Positions 1-8,300 of a DNA stretch of 64,000 bases are shown here, in pieces; positions within the stretch are counted from its first letter, which is position 1, and the number at the start of each line of letters is the position of its first letter. The notes under the pieces are model-generated. The model saw only the letters and a program-made list of their open reading frames with translations. It was not told the origin of the DNA and did not search any database. Source of the stretch: Pseudomonadales bacterium (GTDB lineage Bacteria > Pseudomonadota > Gammaproteobacteria > Pseudomonadales > UBA5862); assembly GCA_024234215.1 (NCBI GenBank), contig JACKOQ010000001.1, positions 335,753 through 399,752 on the forward strand. Direction: 5' to 3'. A program made the translations under genes and the position numbers.

Positions 1-426
1 TGCGCCTCGGTGCCGCCGGAGCCGGCCTGGATGTCGAGGTAGGCGTTGTGGCTGTCCATCTCGCCGCTGAACATGCGGCGAAACTCCATCCGCGCCAGCA
101 GCGTGCCGAGCTGGTCGAGATCCTGGCTGACTGCCGCCAGCGTCTCCTCGTCGTCCTCGCTGGCGGCCAGTTCGATCAGCTCTTCGTTGTCGGCGAGCCC
201 GTGGCTCAGCGCCTCGCAGTCGTTGACGATCTGCTCGAGTGTGGCGCGTTCGCGGCCGAGCGCCTGCGCCCGCTCCGGATTGTTCCAGACATCGGCCGCT
301 TCCAGCTCGCGGTTGACCTCGATCAGCCGATCGGCCTTCTCGGCATAGTCAAAGATACCTCCGGAGCGACTCGCCGCGCTCGCGGTAATCGGCAATGCGT
401 TGCAGCAGCGGATTGATTTCCAGCAT
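1..426 (-). CDS. prfB: peptide chain release factor 2, N-terminal part (3' end runs off the window); needs programmed +1 frameshift
   Basis: Not in the ORF track. Minus-strand ATG at 426 reads MLEINPLLQRIADYRERGESLRRYL, then in-frame TGA (351-349). The +1 frame continues DYAEKADRLIEVNRELEAADVWNNPERAQALGRERATLEQ...MEFRRMFSGEMDSHNAYLDIQAGSGGTEA to the window edge. Collinear with the E. coli RF2 N-terminus as I recall it. Confidence 0.9.
346..363 (-). promoter_or_regulatory. RF2 autoregulatory +1 frameshift site (SD-like GGAGG, then TAT CTT TGA C)
   Basis: Minus-strand sequence cGGAGGtatCTTTGAC. The internal Shine-Dalgarno-like element sits 3 nt before the slippery CTT-TGA-C, the canonical prfB architecture. 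Confidence 0.85.
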
Positions 427-514
427 CGTGGGTGTCCGTGAAAAAAATGGTGTGGCGCAGGCGCCGGGGGCGGCCATTCTACCCAATCAGTGGCCGCCGA
501 TGCAGTGCCGTGGC

Positions 515-1486
515 TCAGCCCGGCAGCTCCAGCACCACCTTGCCGAAGGTCTGGTTCGATTCGACCAGCGCAAAGGCCGCCTCGACCTCGCCGATCGGGT
601 AGCGGGCGTGGATGATCGGCCGCAATCGACCGGTCTCGAACAGCGGCCAGAGCCGCTCGCCCATGTCGCGCAGCAGCGCGGCCTTGGCCGCATTGCTGCG
701 GCTGCGCAGCGTCGAGCCGATCAGGCGAAAGCGCTTCACCAGCAGCAGCCCGAGGTTGAGCTCGCTGCTGGCGCCGCCCATCAGGCCGATCAGCAGCAGC
801 CGGCCATCCACCGCCATCACCTTCAGGTTGTCGGCGAGGTAACCGCCGCCGACCGGGTCGAGCACCACATCGACCCCCTGCGCTGTCCACGCCTTCACCG
901 CCGGCACGAAGCTGCCCTGCTGGCGCAGGTGGCCGGCCTCGGCGCCGAGCGCCAGGCACTGTTGCAATTTGTCCGCGCTGCCCAGCGTGACGAAGCAGGG
1001 GTTGCCGAACGCCCGGCAGAGCTGGATCGCCGCACTGCCGACGCCGCTGGCACCGGCATGCAGCAGCACCCGCTCGCCCGGCTGCAACGCCGCCTCATGG
1101 AACAGGTTGAGCCAGGCGGTGGCGAACACCTCCGGCAGCGCGGCGCCCTCGCTGAAGTCCAGCCCCTTCGGCAGCGGCAGCAGGTGGTCGGCCGGGCAGA
1201 CCACCTGTTCGGCATAGCCGCCACCGGCCAGCAGCGCGACCACCGCGTCACCGGGCTTCCAGCGTTCGACCTGAGCGCCGACCGCCTCGATCTCGCCGGC
1301 ACATTCGAGGCCGAGAATCTCGCTGGCCCCGGCTGGCGGCGGATAGAGGCCGATCCGTTGCATCAGGTCGGCGCGGTTGACCGCGGTGGCCCGCACCCGG
1401 ATGCGCACCTCGCCGGCGGCCGGTTCCGGGGTGGCGGTCTCGCGCCACTGCAGGCGCTGTGCGCTGTCGACCAGGATCGCTTTCAT
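515..1486 (-). CDS. NAD(P)H:quinone oxidoreductase, zinc-independent MDR family (Qor/PIG3-like)
   Basis: ORF 515..1498. MKAILV... start at 1486 preferred because GGAGA lies upstream. Rossmann motif HAGASGVGSAAIQL and MDR-like GLECAGEIEAVG. Confidence 0.85.
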   Translation of the reverse strand: MKAILVDSAQRLQWRETATPEPAAGEVRIRVRATAVNRADLMQRIGLYPPPAGASEILGLECAGEIEAVGAQVERWKPGDAVVALLAGGGYAEQVVCPADHLLPLPKGLDFSEGAALPEVFATAWLNLFHEAALQPGERVLLHAGASGVGSAAIQLCRAFGNPCFVTLGSADKLQQCLALGAEAGHLRQQGSFVPAVKAWTAQGVDVVLDPVGGGYLADNLKVMAVDGRLLLIGLMGGASSELNLGLLLVKRFRLIGSTLRSRSNAAKAALLRDMGERLWPLFETGRLRPIIHARYPIGEVEAAFALVESNQTFGKVVLELPG

Positions 1487-1507
1487 CATCTTCTCCATTA
1501 TCGGGTG

Positions 1508-2371
1508 TCAGCGCTCGCTGTGGTGGCGAATCAGCCCCTCCTGGGCGGTCGAGGCCACCAGCACGCCGTCGCTGCGGTAGATGTGGCCGAGGCAGAAGCC
1601 GCGGCCGTTGCTGGCGCTGGGGCTCTCCTGTACATAGAGCAGCCACTCATCGGCGCGAAAGGGCCGATGGAACCACATCGCATGGTCGAGGCTGGCGGCC
1701 TGCAGCCGCGGATTGTCGATCGAGATCGCATGGGGCAGCAGCGCCGTGCCGAGCAAGCCGCGGTCCGAGGCGTAGGCCAAGATGCATTGATGCAGAATCA
1801 GCGCATCGGGCAGCGGCGCCACCGCCCGCATCCACACCCGGTGCTGGGGCGGGTGGGCCTCATGCCGCCGGCTGTTGCTGTGGTCGACATGGCGGAACTC
1901 GATCGGCCACTGAAAATAGTCGGGATGGCGGTAGTTCTGCGGATCCTGCTGATAGAGCAGCGCCAGTTGCTCCTCCTCGGTGACGAACAGCTCCGGCGGC
2001 GCGGTTTCGACCATCTGCGCCTGATGGTCGAGGCCGGGTTCGGCGCGCTGGAACGAGGCCGACAGGTTGAAGATCGGCTTGCCCTGCTGGATCGCCACCA
2101 CCCGGCGCGAGGTGAAGCTGCCACCATCGCGGCTGCGCTCCACCTCGTACAGAATCGGCCGCTTCGGGTCGCCCGGCCGCAGAAAGTAGGCATGCATCGA
2201 GTGCAGCAGCCGCTCATCGACCGTGCGGCCCGCCGCCACCAGCGCCTGCCCCAGCACCTGGCCGCCAAACACCCGGTTGCGCTCGCCGGCCGGGCTGAGG
2301 CCGCGGAACAGATGGGTGTCGAGCGGCTCCAGATCGAGCAGCTCCAGCAGTTGGTCGATGCGCGCTTGCAT
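1508..2371 (-). CDS. tesB: acyl-CoA thioesterase II
   Basis: ORF 1508..2461 trimmed to MQARIDQLLELLDLEPLDTHLFRGLSPAGERNRVFGGQVLGQAL..., a typical TesB double hot-dog N-terminus. Confidence 0.85.
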   Translation of the reverse strand: MQARIDQLLELLDLEPLDTHLFRGLSPAGERNRVFGGQVLGQALVAAGRTVDERLLHSMHAYFLRPGDPKRPILYEVERSRDGGSFTSRRVVAIQQGKPIFNLSASFQRAEPGLDHQAQMVETAPPELFVTEEEQLALLYQQDPQNYRHPDYFQWPIEFRHVDHSNSRRHEAHPPQHRVWMRAVAPLPDALILHQCILAYASDRGLLGTALLPHAISIDNPRLQAASLDHAMWFHRPFRADEWLLYVQESPSASNGRGFCLGHIYRSDGVLVASTAQEGLIRHHSER

Positions 2372-2579
2372 GGCGGGTGGGTACTCCGGCGTCAACAGGG
2401 TGGCGAGGGTGGATGGCACTGAATGGTAACTGATCGGCCGCCTGCGTGGCGAAACCATCAAATCCCAACAAAATCCATTCGTTGGGCGCGCTGTTGCAGA
2501 CAGGCTTGGAAGGTTTCGGCCTACTCAATACAATGGCCCGTCATCCAGAGGTCATCATTGCACGACAGGAGAAGGGCGC

Positions 2580-4493
2580 TTGGTCAGATTACCGGTGATC
2601 GTCGGGTTCGGTGGCATCAATCCGGCCGGTCGCAGCTCCTTCCACCATGGCTACCGCCGGCTGGTGCTCGATGTGCTCGATGAGACCAGTCGCAACGAAA
2701 CACTGGTCGACTTGGCGATGATGATGAATCTGGCCCGCTTCGAAGAGGGCCACTGGCGCGACCACGACGGCACGCCGCTGACGCCCTCGCAACTGGCGCA
2801 GCGCCACCGCGCGCAGATCGAGCGCCACACCCTGATCCGCCGCATCGAGCAGAGCCACTTCGATGTCGACGCGGTGCCGTTCAACCGCAAACTGACACTG
2901 CAACCGCTCGCTGGACCGCTCGAATTCGCGCTGCCAGTGCGACAGTTGCCGGAACCTTTGCCGCCCGGCTGGCAGGTGACGCCGATCGATCGACGGCAGG
3001 TCAAGGTCACCCTCACCGACGGTCTCGACCTGTTTCTGCCCGATCAGAAGAAGGCGCTGGTGTCGAGCGCCGGTCAGTTGCCGAGCGGTTTCGACCCCGG
3101 CGCGCTCTACCCGTCGCGCAACCACCCGCGCGCGCTGCAGATGGCGCTCTATGCCGCCTCCGACGCGATCGGCTCGCTCGGCATCGACTGGAACAGCCTG
3201 CTGAAGCGGGTGGCGCCCGACCAGATCGCCGTCTATGCCAGCAGCTCGATGGGTCAGCTCGATGACAACGGCACCGGCGGCATGTACAAGGCGCCCTACC
3301 TCGGCAAGCGCATCAGCTCCAAGCAGTTGCCGCTCGGCTTTGCCGAGATGCCGGCCGACTTCGTCAATGCCTATGTGTTGGGCAGCGTCGGCGCCACCGG
3401 CGGCGCGGTCGGCGCCTGTGCCACCTTCCTCTACAACCTGCGCAGCGGTGTCGAGGACATTCGCTCCGGGCGGCGGCGGGTGGTGCTGGTCGGTGCCACT
3501 GAGGCGGTGATCAACCCCGAGGCGATGGAGGGCTATGCCGCCATGGGGGCGCTGGCCGAGGATGCCGAATTGGTCGACCTCGACCGCAAACTGGGTCTGA
3601 CCGAACCGGACCACCGCCGCGCCTGCCGCCCTTTCAACTACAACTGCGGCTTCACGATGGGCGAATCGGCGCAGTTCCTGGTGCTGTTCGACGATGCGCT
3701 GGCGCTGGAGATGGGGGCGCAGATCCATGGCGCCGTGCCGATGGTCAGCGTCCATGCCGACGGCTTCAAGAAGTCGATCGCCGGTCCCGGTGTCGGCAAC
3801 TATCTGACGGTCGGCAAGGCGATGGCCACTGCCCGCGACCTGCTCGGCGAGGCAAAATTGCGGCATGGCAGCTACATGCATGCCCACGGCACCGGCACGC
3901 CGCAGAACCGCGTCACCGAATCGCGCATCTTCAATGAATTCGCCAAGCTGCATGGCATCGAGCAGTGGCCGGTCGCGGCGATCAAATGCTACCTCGGCCA
4001 CGCGCTCGGCGCGGCCGCCGGCGACCAGATCGCCACTGCACTCGGCGTCTGGCGCCATGGCTTCATTCCCGGCATCTTCACGCTCGATCAGATCGCCGAG
4101 GATGTCCATCACAGCCACCTGCGGCTGGAGCGCGACCACATCGAAATCGACCCGCGCCAGTTGCCGGCCGCCTTCATCAACGCCAAGGGCTTCGGTGGCA
4201 ACAATGCCACCGCGCTGCTGCTCTCACCACTGCAGACCGAGTCGATGCTGGCCCGGCGCCATGGCCGCGAGGCCATCGCCCGCTACTGGAGCGAGGCCGA
4301 GCCGGTGCGCGAACGGGCCGAGGCCCATGACCGCAGCGCGCTGCGCGGCGAGGTGCGCACCCGCTACCAGTTCGGCGAGGGGGTCTGCGAAGAGCGCGAT
4401 CTGCTGCTGTCGCCGGAGGCGCTGCTGCTGCCCGGCGACAGCCTGCCGATCGCGCTGCGCGAAGAGAACCCCTATCCGGACATCTCGGGTTGA
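2580..4493 (+). CDS. fabY: long (637 aa) beta-ketoacyl-ACP synthase, FabY-class KAS I/II-domain condensing enzyme
   Basis: TTG start with AGGAG about 10 nt upstream. N-terminus RLPVIVGFGGINPAGRSSFHHGYRR. Active-site Cys in VGACATFLYN and His-His context HAHGTGTPQNR / CYLGHALGAAAG. Length and N-terminus resemble P. aeruginosa FabY as I recall it. Confidence 0.75.
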   Translation: MVRLPVIVGFGGINPAGRSSFHHGYRRLVLDVLDETSRNETLVDLAMMMNLARFEEGHWRDHDGTPLTPSQLAQRHRAQIERHTLIRRIEQSHFDVDAVPFNRKLTLQPLAGPLEFALPVRQLPEPLPPGWQVTPIDRRQVKVTLTDGLDLFLPDQKKALVSSAGQLPSGFDPGALYPSRNHPRALQMALYAASDAIGSLGIDWNSLLKRVAPDQIAVYASSSMGQLDDNGTGGMYKAPYLGKRISSKQLPLGFAEMPADFVNAYVLGSVGATGGAVGACATFLYNLRSGVEDIRSGRRRVVLVGATEAVINPEAMEGYAAMGALAEDAELVDLDRKLGLTEPDHRRACRPFNYNCGFTMGESAQFLVLFDDALALEMGAQIHGAVPMVSVHADGFKKSIAGPGVGNYLTVGKAMATARDLLGEAKLRHGSYMHAHGTGTPQNRVTESRIFNEFAKLHGIEQWPVAAIKCYLGHALGAAAGDQIATALGVWRHGFIPGIFTLDQIAEDVHHSHLRLERDHIEIDPRQLPAAFINAKGFGGNNATALLLSPLQTESMLARRHGREAIARYWSEAEPVRERAEAHDRSALRGEVRTRYQFGEGVCEERDLLLSPEALLLPGDSLPIALREENPYPDISG

Positions 4494-4529
4494 GTCGAGT
4501 TGTCCGCTGCAACGGCGCTGATGAAAAGG

Positions 4530-4557
4530 TTGTTTTATGCACCTGTTGTGATATAAA
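4530..4557 (+). promoter_or_regulatory. putative sigma70 promoter with extended -10 (TTGTTT-16nt-TGaTATAAA) upstream of the DUF1302 gene
   Basis: TTGTTT at 4530-4535 and TGATATAAA at 4549-4557. The motif TGTGATATAA recurs at 7968-7977. Sequence-only prediction. Confidence 0.35.
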
Positions 4558-4671
4558 GCTCCAGCTTGCGCCTCGGACATTGTCCGGGTCGCAGAACAAT
4601 AACAGCGCAAAATGATTCGCGTGCACGCACGACCCTCTCGAACATCAATAACCAGATACGGAGTGGCTTCC

Positions 4672-6429
4672 ATGAAGACAACCCAACCGCCTCGCCTCGG
4701 GCGCACCCTGCTGGCCGCGACCATCGCCACGGCAGCCTTCGCCAGCCTGCCGCTGCAGGCGATCGAATATGAGTCGGGCGACACCAAGGTCAAGCTCGAC
4801 GCCACCTTCTCGGCCGGCGCCAGTTGGCGGGTCAGCGAGCGGGCCAACTACAACATCCGCTCAGCTGGTGAGACGCCGGTCTCCTACGGCAACTCCGGCA
4901 GCGGCAACGACTCCAACCTCAACTACGACAAGGGCGACATCTTCAGCAAGGTGGTCAAGGTGACGCCGGAGCTGGAGATCACCAACGGCAACTACGGTGG
5001 TTTCTTTCGCGCCAAGGCCTTCTATGACTTCAAGATGATGGATGGCGAGCTGCGCTACTATAAAGAGGGCATCAACAAGCATGGCCTCAATGACGTCGGC
5101 AGCAGCATCGATCTGCTCGACGCCTTCGTCTATGGCAACTTTGATCTGGGCGAACATCCGCTGACGGTGCGGGTGGGTCAGCAGGCGCTTGGCTGGGGTG
5201 AGGCGATCTTCGCCTCCGGCGGCATTGCCAGCATCAACCCGGTCGATGGCAACGCCGCCCGCCTGCCGGGTGCCGAGGTCAAGGAGATCATCCTGCCGAC
5301 CGGCATGATCTCGCTGAACTTCGGCTTCAGTGACAGCGTCTCGGCCGAAGGCTTCTACCGCCCCAACACCTTCTGGAAAGAGACCGTCCTGCCCTCCTGC
5401 GGCAGCTACTTTCTGCCGCGTGACATCACTGGCAGCTCTGGTCCCAACCTGAATGCCGCCAACAGCTGTACCCATTTGCGCATTGCCGGTCCGGCGGTGA
5501 CCACCAACGCCAATGGTGACATCGTCGGCTCCGACCTCTTTTCGACTGCCGTGTCTGCGGGCTACATTCCACGCGATCCTGACATCCATCCCGAGAAGGA
5601 TGAGTACGGCGTGGCGCTGCGTTTCGTCCTGCCGACCGAGTATGAGATGGCGCTGTTCTACACCATGACCAACGCCACGACCGGTAGCATCTATGGCCGG
5701 CCGGCCACTCCGTTCGGAACCGTGAACACCGGCTCCTACGGCTTCTACTTCCCGGAAGGGATCGAGAGCTATGGCATCAGCTTCAATGGCAACTCCTGGG
5801 GCAGCGCCTGGCAGGGTGAGCTGGTCTACCGGCCCAACAATCCGCTCAACTTCTCTGAGCAGGCGATGATATTGTCCAACCTGCGCTACAACGGCGGGTT
5901 GACCAATACCAAGCTGATGACCGGCCTGCTGCCCAATGGCGTGCCAACGCTCAACATGACCGAAGAGGCCGAAACCTGGCAGGCCACTACGGCGATGACC
6001 CGCGTGCTCAATCCGAGCGCACTGTGGGACAGCGGCAGCCTGCTGGTCGAGGTGATCGGCAACTATGCCGCGCTCAACAACGATGTAGTGCAGGTCATCA
6101 CCCCGATGACGATGCGGCACTACGATGTCAACGAGTTTGCCTGGGGCTACCGCGCCCGTCTGGGGCTCAACTACTTCAACATCAGCCCGCTGGGGCTCAC
6201 GCTGGGGCCATCGATCCTCTGGAGCCACGACGTCAATGGCGTCAGCCGCAGCGGGGTCGGCCAGGGCATGAAGGAGGGCAACCAGTCGCTGACGCTCGGT
6301 CTTGAGACCAAGTACCTGACCAAGCACACGGTCACGGTCAGCTACACCAACTTCTTCCACAGCAAGGCCTACGCCGACAACCTGTCGGACCGTGACTTTG
6401 TCTCGTTGAACTATATCTACTCACTCTGA
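4672..6429 (+). CDS. DUF1302-family outer-membrane (beta-barrel-like) protein
   Basis: ORF 4612..6429 trimmed to MKTTQPPRLGRTLLAATIATAAFASLPLQA (signal peptide; GGAG upstream). IEYESGDTKVKLDATFSAGASWRV matches the DUF1302 N-terminal signature as I recall it. C-terminal aromatic end ...LNYIYSL. Confidence 0.8.
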   Translation: MKTTQPPRLGRTLLAATIATAAFASLPLQAIEYESGDTKVKLDATFSAGASWRVSERANYNIRSAGETPVSYGNSGSGNDSNLNYDKGDIFSKVVKVTPELEITNGNYGGFFRAKAFYDFKMMDGELRYYKEGINKHGLNDVGSSIDLLDAFVYGNFDLGEHPLTVRVGQQALGWGEAIFASGGIASINPVDGNAARLPGAEVKEIILPTGMISLNFGFSDSVSAEGFYRPNTFWKETVLPSCGSYFLPRDITGSSGPNLNAANSCTHLRIAGPAVTTNANGDIVGSDLFSTAVSAGYIPRDPDIHPEKDEYGVALRFVLPTEYEMALFYTMTNATTGSIYGRPATPFGTVNTGSYGFYFPEGIESYGISFNGNSWGSAWQGELVYRPNNPLNFSEQAMILSNLRYNGGLTNTKLMTGLLPNGVPTLNMTEEAETWQATTAMTRVLNPSALWDSGSLLVEVIGNYAALNNDVVQVITPMTMRHYDVNEFAWGYRARLGLNYFNISPLGLTLGPSILWSHDVNGVSRSGVGQGMKEGNQSLTLGLETKYLTKHTVTVSYTNFFHSKAYADNLSDRDFVSLNYIYSL

Positions 6430-6468
6430 TCAGCAGATGATTTGAACCAACGTCCCGAGGTGACCCTG

Positions 6469-7842
6469 ATGAATTTGACTGAAAAAATGACGCTGGCGAG
6501 CGGTCTGCTGCTCACGCTGGCCACCCCGAGTCTACTGGCCAAGGTGCCGGCGGAACAGGCGGCGCAACTGGGTGGCGACAAGCTGACCTATATTGGCGCC
6601 GAGAAGGCAGCCAATGCCGACGGCTCGATTCCGGTGTGGGATGGCGGTTTTCCGCAAAGCCGGATTCCGGCCAACTGGAAGCCGGGTGACGTCTACACCA
6701 ACCCCTGGCCGGAAGACAAGCCGCTGTTCACCATCACTGCGCAGAATGTCGGTCAGTACAAGGAGAAGCTGACACCGGGCCAACTGGCGATGTTCGAGAA
6801 GTACCCCTCGACCTACAAGATTCCGGTCTATGTGAGCCGGCGCACGGCGACGGTGCCGGATCGGGTCAAGGAGTCGATCAAATACAACGCCGCCAACGCC
6901 ACGCTGGCCAACCAGGGCAAGGGGGTGGCCAACTACAAGGAGGTGACCCCGTTCCCGATCACCAGCGATGGACTGGAGGCGATCTGGAACCACATCTTCC
7001 GCTGGCGTGGCGGCATCGGCGTGATCCAGAACGAGGCCGGCTTTGCGCCGCAGGTCGACGGCTCGGCCACCAAGGTGTCGCTGACGGTCAACTTCTGGTT
7101 CAACCCGGAGGCGGGCAAGGCGGGCAGCCAGTATGAGAACATCATCTTCATGTACACCTCCGAGGTGACGGCGCCATCACGGCTGGCCGGCAGCCCGGTG
7201 CTGCTGCACGAGAGCATCGACCAGTCGCGCGAGCCACGGCTGGTGTGGCGCTACAACGCCGGCCAGCGGCGGGTGGCGCGGGCGCCCGATGTCGGCTTCG
7301 ACAACCCGAGTGACGCGGCCGATGGGCTGCTGGCATCCGATCAGGTGGACATGTACAACGGCTCGCCGGAGCGCTACGACTGGAAGCTGCTGGGCAAGAA
7401 GGAGATCTACATCCCCTACAACAACTACGAGATGAACCAGCCGGCGGTGAAGTACAAGGATCTGCTGACGCCGGGCCACCTCAACCAGCAGTGGAGCCGT
7501 TATGAGCCGCACCGGGTGTGGGTGGTGGAGGCGAAGCTGAAGGCCGATCAGCGCCACATCTACAGCCGGCGGGTGATGTTCCTGGACGAGGACACTTGGC
7601 AGGTGGCCGAGCATGACATGTATGACGGCAAGGACCAGCTGTGGCGGGTGCAGGAGGGTTACCACACCCACTTCTGGGATGCCAGCACCGGCTGGGTGCA
7701 GGTCTACACCACCAACGACCTGAATGCCAAGCGTTACTATGCGCGTGGTTTCGTGAACGAAGAGAAGCCCTACGAGTTCACCACCAGGTTCAGCTTCGAG
7801 GACTTCACACCGGCGGCACTGCGGCGCAAAGGGGTGCGCTGA
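6469..7842 (+). CDS. DUF1329-family (LolA-like fold) periplasmic/outer-membrane protein, copy 1
   Basis: ATG 6469 with GAGGTG 6 nt upstream. Signal peptide MNLTEKMTLASGLLLTLATPSLLA. Motif YDWKLLGKKEIYIPYNNY is typical of DUF1329. 457 aa. Confidence 0.85.
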   Translation: MNLTEKMTLASGLLLTLATPSLLAKVPAEQAAQLGGDKLTYIGAEKAANADGSIPVWDGGFPQSRIPANWKPGDVYTNPWPEDKPLFTITAQNVGQYKEKLTPGQLAMFEKYPSTYKIPVYVSRRTATVPDRVKESIKYNAANATLANQGKGVANYKEVTPFPITSDGLEAIWNHIFRWRGGIGVIQNEAGFAPQVDGSATKVSLTVNFWFNPEAGKAGSQYENIIFMYTSEVTAPSRLAGSPVLLHESIDQSREPRLVWRYNAGQRRVARAPDVGFDNPSDAADGLLASDQVDMYNGSPERYDWKLLGKKEIYIPYNNYEMNQPAVKYKDLLTPGHLNQQWSRYEPHRVWVVEAKLKADQRHIYSRRVMFLDEDTWQVAEHDMYDGKDQLWRVQEGYHTHFWDASTGWVQVYTTNDLNAKRYYARGFVNEEKPYEFTTRFSFEDFTPAALRRKGVR

Positions 7843-7874
7843 ATCCAGAGCGATTCGGTTGCCTGATCTGAACG

Positions 7875-7904
7875 GGCCGGTCTCGCAGGAGACCGGCCTT
7901 TTTT
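7875..7904 (+). terminator. rho-independent terminator
   Basis: GGCCGGTCTC-gcag-GAGACCGGCC followed by TTTTTT. Confidence 0.85.
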
Positions 7905-7950
7905 GTGTGCGTCCGAATCTGATCTGGATGCGATCGGCAGCGAAAAGCTG

Positions 7951-7977
7951 TTGTCAACCCGGTTGATGTGATATAAG
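7951..7977 (+). promoter_or_regulatory. putative sigma70 promoter with extended -10 (TTGTCA-15nt-TGaTATAAG) upstream of DUF1329 copy 2
   Basis: TTGTCA at 7951-7956 and TGATATAAG at 7969-7977. Shares GTTG-TGTGATATAA and the downstream AACAATAACA box (7997-8006) with the 4.5-kb promoter region (box at 4595-4604). Confidence 0.35.
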
Positions 7978-8300
7978 AGCCGCTCTTCGGTGCCATAACA
8001 ATAACAAGAATCGGTCATGAAGAGAGCGACGATGCACGGCACAGGCTGTGCCACTCCGACAGCAGCGCTGTTCGGATCGATTTCCCAAACAGCACACCAC
8101 TGGTCCAGCCGGACGGGTTCGGCTCGTTCGTGCTGGTGCGTCAGCCATTTTGCAGTCAAGGGGGGCACAGCAGCATCCGGACAGCGCAGAGATCACTTCA
8201 GTTTGGGCAGAGCGTGCGCATCAGCGCGGGCCGATTCGCGTTTGACAGGAGCCATCATCCCGATGGCTCAGGGTGAACATGACACATTGAGGTAGAGACG

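Noticed and set aside
395-2422. 675-aa ORF on the + strand spanning the qor and tesB region
   Set aside because: It is antisense to two well-supported genes. The product is Arg/Ala/Gln/Leu-rich low-complexity sequence with no motif, a typical high-G+C shadow ORF.
8017-8295. 92-aa and 65-aa ORFs in the leader of DUF1329 copy 2
   Set aside because: Third-position composition is mixed, unlike the strong G/C bias of real genes here. There is no RBS and no recognisable motif. The region is treated as non-coding leader (see findings).
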